Assembly: GCF_006345805.1 (NCBI RefSeq)
Contig: NC_042998.1
Coordinates: 186,248,001 to 186,312,000 of the forward strand
Source of the DNA: Octopus sinensis
Taxonomy: Eukaryota
DNA length: 64,000 nt
Direction: 5' to 3'
The notes below the pieces were generated by a model, which saw nothing but the letters and a program-made list of their open reading frames with translations, was not told the DNA's origin and searched no databases. Positions 11,939-23,900 of this stretch are shown piece after piece (within the stretch, counting starts at the first letter, position 1; every line of letters starts with the position of its first letter). The position numbers and the translations under genes are program-made.

Positions 11939-14900
11939 CCTTTCTACTAAAAGCACAAGGCCTGAAATTTAGTGGGAGAGAGCAAGTCAGTTACATCGAC
12001 CCCAGTGCGTAACTGGTACTTAATTTATCAACCCCAAAAGGATGAAAGGCAAAGTTGACCTCAGTAGTATTTGAACTCAGAACAAAATGCCACTAAGCAT
12101 CTTTCCCAGTGTGCTAATGATTTTGCCAACTTGCTGCCTTGATGGTGATGGTGGTGGTGGTGGTGGTGGTGGCAGCAGTTGTTGTTGTTGTTGTTGTTTC
12201 AACTTTTGGCATAAGGCCAACAGTTCCATGGGAGAAAGTAAGTCGAATACATTGATATAGTGCTCAACCGGCTCTTATTTCATCAGCCCTGAAAGGATGA
12301 AAAGCAAAGTCAAATCTTGCAATCATTAATCGGAAGTGCTGCTGAGCATTTTTTCCAGCACAGTAATGATTCTGCCGACAAGGCGGCAAGCTGGCAGAAA
12401 CGTTAGCACACCGGGCGAAATGTGTAGCCATATTTCATCTGCGGTTACATTCTGAGTTCAAATTCTGCCGGGGTCGACTTTGCCTTTCGTCCTTTCAGGG
12501 TCGATAAATTAAGTACCAGTTATGCACTGGGGTCGATGTAATTGACTTAATCCCTCTATGTTTAGCCCCTTGTGGGCAATAAAGAAATAAGTAATAATTC
12601 TGCCAGCTTGCTCCCTTAATAATGATAATAAAAATAGTAATAATAATAACCCCTTCTATCATAGGCATAAATCCTGAATTGTACCTGATATTCAAGTGGT
12701 ACTTAATAAGTCATCATGATAATTACATGTACTAAGTTTAACTGTTATTTATAATCAACTGCAAAAGCAATAAAATTCTTATTAAACTGAATCTGTAACA
12801 TAGCTTTGATTTTCTCTTTTTATATTATTAAAATAATTAAAGAAAAAGCTTAAACATTACAAATTTCTATGTAAAAAAAATTATATTTTTATTACATTTA
12901 TTATAGTTATTTAAATTTTATCACATTTCTATTTCACAGGCACCAGTTAGATCTCTTTTCACACATGTGCCTGGACCGACAATATTTGGCAATTGACAAA
13001 CTTAGTACAGAGCTTGACATTGAACTGATTCTGAAGTAAGTTTTATATTCGGGTTTCTTAACCATTTACTTGTAAATAATCAGATGACGGATTAAATAAT
13101 ATTGTTATACAATATATTGTATAGCAATATCTGTTTCAGCACATTATTTCACATCAAGAATCTTGCAAAACAAATACATATATGATTAACCCTTTAGTAT
13201 TTAAACCAGCCATATCCGGCCAAAATAGCTAATCTGTTTTATGTTCAAACTGACCAGATCCAGGCTCTCACACCTACCCTACAATGTTATTCTACATTAA
13301 GTAATTACACCATCAAGATCTTGAAGATATTAGATAATGCATGATTAATTCAAATCAATAGGAATCAGTAGGTATTTTGTTTAATAGAATAATCTGAACA
13401 CTAAAGGGTTAAATAATAATTTTTGTAAAGATATATTCTGAAGATAATATTATGAAATAGTCAGTTGTGTCTGGGGAGAGTCATTTTCTTTTTGTGCCTT
13501 ATAATGTAACTCACTCACCTTATTTTTATTTTTATAAAAATAAAAATTTAAAAAATTATAAAAATAAAAATTTAAAAAATAAAAATAAGAAATAAGTGGA
13601 AATTTTACCAGTGAGTGTGTTACGTTATAAGACACAAAAAGAAAATGAATCTCCCCAGACACAACAGAATATGCTTCAACACACAAACTCATATAAAGAA
13701 CCTTGCAAACCAAATCCAGAAACAAAATATTATGAAATAATATTCTCAAAAACAAAAATTTATTTATCAGTAATCTGTGTTGAGAGATGCAGTTCTTGTG
13801 ATGTAGTGTCATAGTAGGTAATATGTTGCATCCAAGCTTCAAGCATGATGTTTTGTATAATGAATAGCCTGACTTGGAAGAACAAATGAAATGTATGTCA
13901 GAGTTTATTCTTGTTTCCTTTGTATCTTACAATATTTCTTTAGGTGTATGGAGGATGAGATGCTGTCAAATGATATCAGAGCATCTTTTTGTCGTTTGAT
14001 GTTACACATGCATGTGGACCGAGACCCTCAAGAGAAGGTTACTCCAGTCAAATATGCCAGACTTTGGTCAGAAATTCCTCAAAAGATTCTGATTGAAGAG
14101 TGAGTAATCTGAATCTAATTTCCAGTATTGCTTCTTTAAAAATATCTATCTCTGTATTGACCGGAATTTGTAGGCTAATTGATAAGAACTGAGATTATTT
14201 TGTTGTGAAGACCTAACATAGAATCATAATGATTTGAACTAACAAACATCATATGTCCTCTATCTTAAACAATGTAGTTGCTTTGAACATACAAACTTAA
14301 GATTTACATTGAAATATTACATTTATGAGCAAAATATGTACAAATACTATTTCTCAAACTAACAATTTTTGTAATACTAAAGAACATTGGTAAAATATCA
14401 TAGTATGATGTTAGATTTTTTGATATAAAATTCATGGCCCAGGATTAATTAAAATATTTGTTTCTTTACTACCCACAAGGGGCTAAACACAGAGGGGACA
14501 AACAAGGACAGACAAATGGATTAAGTCGATTATATCGACCCCAGTGTGTAACTGGTTCTTAATTTGTTGACCCCAAAAGGATGAAAGGCAAAGTTGACCT
14601 TGGTGGAATTTGAACTCAGAACGTAACTGCAGACGAAATACAGCTACGCATTTCGTCCGACATGCTAATGTTTCTGCCAACTCACTGCCTTCCCAGGATT
14701 AATTAAAATATCATCAGTAGGTCTCTTTGTAATGCTGGAGAAAATTTCTGATAGTTAAAGAAACCTGAAAAGAACAAAAAGACACTACTATTTACACAAA
14801 ATGGTGACACGCTTCCAATGAACTCATGAAGTAGAAATTAATTGTGGCTTTCTTTAGCAGTTGTATATTTATTTACTGTGCAATATTCTTAGGTTCCATG

Positions 14901-17900
14901 CAAGGCTGAGGAGAATTCTACTCACATGTCTTTGATTTTATTTTTAATAAAACATTAGTGACAGTAAATACATTATCCTTCGTTGAAGTTGATTATGGTT
15001 TTCAGTGGTGCTTAAGTTCACTACTGCGTAGATGTTAACAAAGTCCAGTTTCAGTTAAAATAGAAGAAATGAAATTACAAAAATATATTCTATAAATATA
15101 ATAAAAAAACATGGTCCTTGGTCGATTTGCTGCAATAAAATGTACTCTTTACATTCAGTTAAGTGTGGAGTTACTCTTACTCCTTACTCTTTTACTTGTT
15201 TCAGTCATTTGACTGTAGCCATGCTGGAGCACCGCCTTTAGTCAAGCAAATTGACCCCAGGACTTATTCTTTGTAAGCCTAGTACTTATTCTATCGGTCT
15301 CTTTTGCCAAACTGCTAAGTCATGGGGACATAAACACACCAGCATCCATTGTCAAGCGATGTTAGGGGGACAAACACAGACACACAAGCATACATACACA
15401 CACACACATATATATATGTATACATATATATGACGGGCTTCTTTTCAGTTTCCTTCTACCAAATCCATTCACAAGGCTTTGGTCAGCCCAAGGCTATAGT
15501 AGAAGACACTTGCCCAATGTGCCACACAGTGGGACTGAACCCGGAACCATGTGGTTGGTAAGCAAGCTACTTACCACTCAGCCACTCCTAGAAGGCCAAC
15601 TCATGAGAAAATATACTCGGTGCAGTCTGGATAATATTTGTGTTGGGAAGGGTATTCAGTCATAGAGAACAAGCCAAAAATGAAACTAACAAGTGAGATG
15701 TGGTTCCTTGGGGTACCTACAGAGTACCAAGGAACATACCCAACCCATACCAGCAGGAAAAGTGAATGTAAAACAATGACAATGATGATTACTATGATGA
15801 CAAATATTTTTTTTCATTGATAATATTTCTGATGTAATTTACTTTTATTACATTTGATCAGTTATGAAACGCTTCATAGTAAAGATACTGAAAAGGAGAA
15901 AGTCAAAAGCAGATTTGCATCAACCATGAAATTTGTAGAGGATTATTTATCTACAGTTGCTGCTGATACAAGTTGGTCACAGAAGGACAGATTCCAGAAT
16001 GAACTTACTTATGAGGTAATAATCAACTTGCTATAATTTTTTACGACTTTGTATTTATCTGTTTGTATATTTATTTATTTTTGGAGGCTTTTTCTTTCTT
16101 CTCTTCCACCTTCACCCATTCAGGCATAATGCAGTGTTATTCATGGAGAGATTAATTAATACTACAGATTATTATCTAATGTATTGTATTTACTAACTCT
16201 TTTTACATGAATTTCTTTAAATTAGATCTCTTCGGTCAAGAATATTCATTTATCTCATTGACATAAACACCACCACTCCTTCTACCACAACATGTGTAGA
16301 AAGTGCAATAGACTGACTTGAGAAATATCTATTAAATATCAGAATAAATTAGAAAGTCTAATGATATTTGCTTCTGATAGGATCCTATGGAGGGGCTGCT
16401 TGGGTATTCTACCCCTATGACCCATCCAGGAATAATGGGCAGAAAAGATAGATGCACAGGTGGATATCTGCATATATGCAAATATATGAATAAAAAAGGC
16501 ATCAAATTGGCAGAATGGTTAGAGCATATGGCAAAAAGTGTTGCAGTATTTGTTCCAACTCTCTGTACTCTGAGTTCAGTCCTGCTAAGGTCAATTTTGC
16601 TTTTTATTTTTTCGGAGTTACTCAAATATATAATCAGTCCAAGACAGTGATTAGTAGAATTGATAGAGAATCAGGTGCCAGTGTTTGTCACAACTCTTTG
16701 TATTTTGAGTTCTCGGATGGTAGACTTAATCTGACCATGTGAAACAAGTAAAAGTGAATAAAAGAGAATTATGTTTGTATCCCTAACAAAATAAAAGTAA
16801 TCTAAGAAAAATTATTTAGCATGTTTGCATGTATCAAAAGTGATACTGGCTGTGTTATTGAATTATTCATAATTCTTTCTCTAGGTTGTGAACTTGGCCA
16901 AACATCTGATCTACTTTGGATTTTACACATTCAGTGATTTGCTTCGTCTTACAAAGACATTACTAATTATACTTGATTGCACTCCCAGTGAACAGAACGT
17001 TCGAATGAACAAACTACTTGTTGATGGTAAGTATGTAGTGAAATATAGTTTTACAATGCCAAGCTGTATAGCCTTTTAAACAAAAATGTCATTGCACCTA
17101 TTGTGTAGATAATGTTAGTATCTCAAAAAATTTAATCTTCATGAACTGATTCAAAAGAGTGGTTTTCCACTTCAAAGCCATGGGAAATTTAAGTTCAACA
17201 CCACTAACTTACAAAATATACATACACTACTCTTGCTAGTTACACTTCCTAACAATTTCTGTTTTTAATGGACATTGATTGTTAAGTTTCTTAACTAAGA
17301 ACGCAATATATTCCCAATCACAAGATACAAGATTTTAATCCCTTCACTCAACACCTTTGAGTTAAGTTTGCTTTGTGCATTCTTGAGATTCATGTAATGA
17401 TTAACTTTTAACTTAAAATAGTTGAAATTCAATTTGTTTTCTTGAATAGTACTAAAATCATACATCATTTATCTTGTTATGTTTGGAAAAAAGTGTCAGC
17501 TTTGAAAGGGGCACTCCAGAAAATCATGAAATTGTTGACTAGAAGTATGTTATTTTGATTATAGGAAAATATTCTTTAAAAACTTACTGGCAAGATCCTA
17601 TTAAGATCAAAATTATTTTACCATCTGTTTTGTGAATTATTTGTGAAACTAAATGAAATCAAAACTGTTGTTACTTCATTCTTTATATATTATATTAATA
17701 AGAATTATCTTCACAATTTTGTTACAGAATCTGAAGACAAAAGCAGCCTTCCAGCTCATTTATTAACTAAGAAAAGTGTAGACAAAAACAGCACGATTAT
17801 CATGGACACAAAATTAAAGATTATTACCATACTTCAGGTTGTTTTTTAATGTTAATTTGACTAATTGATTTTAAATAATCTATATATATAAAACTGTAGT

Positions 17901-20900
17901 TGTGTGAGTGTCTGTCCCCTTCGATTTAGATTCCTAACTACTCCCACATTTTGCGGTGCAGTTTAACCAAATTTGGGTATCTTATAGTCGTGATTCATAT
18001 CGAGCCCGTCTGGCTATTAGCGCGCGTCTACGATGAGTCTACGATTTTAAAAATAATTTAACATCATTTTTTATTCCATTTTAATGCATAATTTTTCGTG
18101 TGTCGATGGCGGCGGAGTTGGCGTCCACGGTCACACCTGCACCTGTTTGCTTCTCCCCCTTCTTCCCTCCCTCGTGAAGCTGTGGGGAAGGGAGTGTAAG
18201 GAAATCAACGTCGTAAAGCGTTGTGAAGGAGACCAGCGTTCTTGTAGAACAACGACTTCATGGCTTGAAGACACCAAAACAGAAATGGCTAAGAAAGCCC
18301 AAATTGGCATCTATAAGGGAAGTAACTCTCTAAAAATGCTTATATAGTTATTTCCCTTACAAACCCGAGCAACGCCGGGCGATACTGCTAGTTTTAAATA
18401 ATCTCTTATTAGAAAGTAGAATGTATTGTAAACTGTTAATTTAGCTAATGGACTGACAGAATTGTTAGAAAGCCAGACAAAAGACCTTGCACCAGCTGTG
18501 GCACTTTGTTTTGGATGAAAGGTAAAATGAACTTTGTCTTTCATCCTTCTGGGTTCAATAAAAATAAATTACAAGGTGTGAGTTGGCAGAGTTATTAGAA
18601 CAACAGACAAATTTCTTGTGGTTTTTATTCTGATTCTCTGTATTATTTTGAGTTCAAATCCTGCCATGGCCGACTTTTGCTGTTGCCTGGTTTAATACCA
18701 TTACTTGATTCTTAGATGCCTTTAGCATAGCCCTCTGTTGCAAGCATTCAGAATAGGTTTCCAGTTTGAGGATACCTTCTCCTTCCTTTCCACTACTCTT
18801 AGAAGCTCTGTTAAGGGTTGTGGGCTTTGCCCTTCCTTCTAAGGAATAAAAAAAGTTCTGGGTTTGATGTAATTGATTATACTCTTCCCCAAAATATGTG
18901 CCTTTCTGGCTGTTAGAAATCAATTTTGCGGTGCAGTTTAACCAAATTCGGGTATCTTATAGTCGTGATTCATATCGAGCCCGTCTGACTATTAGCGCGC
19001 ATCAACGATGAGTCTACGATTTTAAAAATAATTTAACATCATTTTTTATTCCATTTTAATGCATAAAATGCATCATATGTCAATGGCGGTGGAGTTGGCG
19101 TCCACGCTCACAGCTGCACCTGTTTGCTTCTCCCCCTTCCCTCCCTCGTGAAGCTGTGGGGAAGGGAGTGTAAAGAAATCAACGTCGTAATGCGTTGTGA
19201 AGGAAACCAGCGTTCTTTTAGAACAACGACTTCATGGCTTGAAGACACCAAAACAAAAATGGCTAAGAAAGCCCGAATTTATAAGGGAAGTAACTCTCTA
19301 AAAATGCTTATATAGTTATTTCCCTTACAAACCCGAGCAACGCCGGGTGATACTGCTAGTTAATAATATAAAAAGAGAGAGAGAATCCTAACTACTTTGG
19401 TAATCTGCCTGCAACATTAATTGTGAGGAATATTCTGTGGATTAGTCTTGTATTCAAAGGTTAATTCTTGTACATTATCAGATATATACTTTCTTTTAAG
19501 ATAGTCATGTGAGTTAGAGGGTTGATTTCCTGTTGTTTTTAGCAGGTTGAGTGACCACATTGATGCCTCCTTGATTGTAACAGTTGTAAATATTAGAGGC
19601 GGTGGATCACCATGTTCCCTTTATTGTTATTTTTACCTGCAAGATAGCAAAAATCTCTCATTGCAAATTCTTTCCTGATTTTATTGCAGTTTATTCTTCA
19701 TGTACGCTTGGATTACAGAATCACTTGTTTGTTGACCATATTCAAAAGGGAATTCCTGGAGAAAACCGATGGCACACAAGGTCTTTTATATATTTATATT
19801 TTTCTTTACCCATTCAATTTTCTTAGTCTTCTTTCTATTTTTCCCTTTTTGCTTTTGACTTCTTTGACTTCCAACATGGAGCAAAGACATTAATTGATTA
19901 GGACAATGAGAATGTTTTCTTTATCCATTCATCTTGACTAGAAATCTTGATTTTTTTTTCCTTTTTAATATTAGTGCAGATACACAGAGACAGAAAACAT
20001 TAAGAAAGGAAAAAATATGTGACTCCTAAATCCAACACATCACGCTCTATAACATTTTTGTATACCTTCTTTCTTATTGTATATCATTTTTGTTCCTATT
20101 CAGCTTAAATATACATATGCATTTTGATCAATTAACTTGTAAAAATACAATACAACTTATATTAAGCATCACTGATATCACTTTTATAATAGAATCTGTG
20201 TTCAGACTAATTTCTATATTTTAGAAATCATTCCTTATGTATGGTTTCAGTGAAGTATATATCTAAGTTTAGTATATACTGACTGTTTATTGCACAGTAA
20301 TTCATAGTCTCCACAGTTTATTGCCAATCCAAGCTTTGTGAGTGGATTTTGGTTGATGGAAACTGAAAGTAGGCTAATATATATATATATATATATATAA
20401 AATATTTTTAAAATATTAAAAAATTTTTTTTTTTAATATGCTGATGAAGAAAATTTTTGAGTAAAGTATAAATTATACATTCTTTATACCGATCTAATTC
20501 CGAAACACGTACATGGGTAATCAAATATCGATTGATTTTCGTTATTTTTGCTCTCTGCCTGTGTGGATTGTTTTCGAGTTCTTTGTTTTTATCATGAGTC
20601 TCTTTTTAAAGTAAAGGAAATAGCTAAGGTTCTTTGGCTGCTATTTCTAAACTTCGGTATGTGGTAAAGCAAATCTTTGCTGAACCCTAATTATAAAGTA
20701 TATATATATATATATATGCGTGTGTATTTTAGTCTCCTTGCCTTGACTTCATGTGGTAGTCGTAAATGAGTGTCACCGTCTTGCAAGCAGTGTCTAAATC
20801 CTGCCCTCGCCTATTTCATTTCCAGCCTTCTGTGAAAACTTGTCTGGTCTCTCACATAGAAAAAACAATTAGTCTTAATACGTGGTTTACTTAAAATTTA

Positions 20901-23900
20901 ATAACAGCTGTCAGTAGAAGTTATTTTAAAATGTTTTGAAAATCAAGCCAGGATAGAACAAATAAAGATGAGATTGCAAGTACCAAAATGTGTTGCTGCA
21001 TTGATTTTATTGGCGGTGATTTTCAAAATGATTATATTTTGGAGGAGACAGGCAAAAAGACCCAAAGCAGATCTGGAGTAGAAAATGTATGTCATTGATG
21101 AGGTTGCATATGGTGACAAACGGACTCTTATGAACCTAGCTGATTGATTGACTCAACAATTAATCAAACAATCAATTAGTTTACTGGTTGACCAGTTGAC
21201 AAATAATGATGAAAGAAGGGAAACAGAACCAGTGCATGTGTATATTATTGGCATAATGACCCTCCCAAGATAAAAACAAAACCTTTTTCAACGCTTAAGT
21301 TCACATCAAGAGTCTTGCAAGCCAAATACAAAAACATCAAATTTTGTACAACTGTATATATTTTAATTCTGTTTGTGAGATACTTGCTCTCTGACAAGCA
21401 ACCAATTAGCCATAAATCATATAGGAAAAAATATTTATCCGTGTGTAAAGAGAATACTAAAATGTATTTTGATCAGTTTGCTTTCCACAATGAAAGCATT
21501 GTAAACTAATCTAAATTTATCAAAGCTACCTTAATACAAACTGTTTTTGCATAAAATATTCTTTCTGTTTTTTCCTTTTTTTTTAGCACTGGGTTTTGAC
21601 AACGTAGCAGCTCAAGCGGAAGATGTCTTTGGTGGGAGGTTAGATTCTATTTATTTTAAACTATTATATTATAGATGTATAAATTTCATTGTAATTTTTC
21701 ATAGATTATTAAACTATTTTCAGCCATAATAACAAAACTTGGACATACAGTTGGGCGTTACACAGTCACTAGTAATTAGGACAAACTGTATATTATCCTC
21801 ATCATCATCATTTAACGTCCGTTTTCTGCGCTAGCACGGGTTGGACGGTTCGACAGGGGTCTGGGAAGCCAGGGGCTGCACCAGGCTCCAGTCTGATCTG
21901 GCAGAGTATCTACAGCTGGATGCCCTTCCTAACGCCAACCACTCCGCGAGTGTAGTGGGTGCTTTTTACATGCCACCTGCACAGGTGCCAGGGGGGTCCG
22001 GCATCGGCCATGATCGGTTGGAGCTTTTAACGTGCCACTGGCACGGAAGCCAGCCAAGGCAGCACTGGCAACGGCCACGTTCGGATGGTGCTTTTTATGT
22101 GCCACCAGCACAGAAGCCAGTCAAGTCGGCGCTGGCTACGGCCACAATGCAATAAGAATTAAGAAAGTGAATTACAGTTAATTATGTAGTGAGGAAAAGA
22201 CAATACAATTCAATAATAAATACTGTTTTACTTATTCTGACAAGTACAGGAGACAACTCCAAGCATGGTTTGGCCTTAAGCTTCAGGAAAGCACAGATTG
22301 TGTATTATCATATACTAGCAGTATATGAAGGCTACCAAACCTGCCACACACAGACAACTTCAGCTTTATATATATAGATTGGTTTGGTTCCACATAAGTT
22401 TAGATATTTGTTTAACGCAATATTCTATTAGTTTGGTTGTTCATAATAGATGACATAATCAAATTCAGGGGCCATAAAAATCCTATTGATTTCACTGTAA
22501 TGTTCATCTGATGGTTAAAAAAAACACACACACTTAGAAAAAGTCTATTTAAACAAAAACTTTACAGTATTTAAAGTAATATTTTAAGAGAAGCCTGTGA
22601 CAATGATTGCAATGTCATTGTGAAGTTAACTTTGCAGCCCTTGATTCTAGGTCCAAACCTACTATTCACACCTGGGGTAAGTGTCTTCTATCATAACTTT
22701 AAGTTAACCAAAACTTTGTAAGCAGAATTTGGCAGTTGTAAATTATTTGTAAGCCCAGTGGAAATTATACGCTACATTTTCCACAAAAAATTTTAAAATG
22801 AAATTAGGGCTAAGTAATCATCTGAGAGCCTGAGGTAGAAATGCAGTCAAAACTGTAAAAGACTTGTTTGCTGTGAGAAAGTGGTTATGCTCAAAATTGA
22901 GTTAATGACTATCTTATATATATATATATATATATCACGTGATCACGTGACCGACCAGACCATCAGATGTTGTTACACATCGCTGGTCATCGCATTGTTT
23001 TAGCCTTCGAATGACGCCACCCCGCTGGCTAAGCAAGCAGGCCAACAGAAGAAAGAGTGGTGAAAGAGTACAGCAGGGATCACCACCCCGTGCTAGAGCC
23101 TCGTGGAGCTTTTTAGGTGTTTTCGCTCAATAAACACTCACAACGCCCGGTCTGGGAATCGAAACCGCGATCCTGTGACTGCGAGTCCGCTGCCCTAACC
23201 ACTAGGCCATTGCGCCTCCACATATATATATATATATATCATCATCATCATCATCATCATTTAACGTCTGTTGTCCATGGGTTGGACGCTTTGACCAGGG
23301 CTGGTAAGCTGGAAGGCTGCACCAGACTCCAGTCTGATTTGGCATGGTTTTCTATGGCTGGATGCCCTTCCTAATGCCAACCACTCTGAGAGTGTAATGG
23401 GTGCTTTTACATGCCACTGGAATGGGTACCATTTGCGTGACACCAGTATCTGCCATGACTGCTCTTTTGCTCAGTTTAATAGGTTTTCTTCTCAAGCACA
23501 ACATAATGCCAAAGGTCTATCATTGCCTCCGTGAGACCCAACACTGAAAAGGAACTCAGTCACTTTGCCTCCATGAGGCCCGATGCTGAAAAAGAATTCA
23601 GCTACATTGCCTCCATGAGGCCCAACCAGTGACACCAACATCAATCACGATTACAATTTCACTTGGCTTGACGGGTCTTCTCAAGCACAGCATATCGCTA
23701 AAGGTCTCAATCACTAGTCATTGCCTCTGTGAGGTTCAAAGTTCAAAGATTATGCTTCTCCACAGTTAGAGATCAGCACATTTTTATACAGTTGTTCTCA
23801 TCCATATGCATCATATGACCATACCATCACAGCCATCTCTCTTGCACACCACATCTGATGCCTCTTATACCTAACTTTTCTCTCAGGATGCTTACACTCT

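Noticed and set aside
13430-13475. Hammerhead-like CUGAAGA...GAAA
   Set aside because: Stems I and III do not form; comparison with the 9500 copy shows the middle is a short inserted duplicate of sequence near 13725
22930-22955. Tandem CACGTG E-boxes as a regulatory site
   Set aside because: Lies at the tail of a family C SINE; no independent evidence of function
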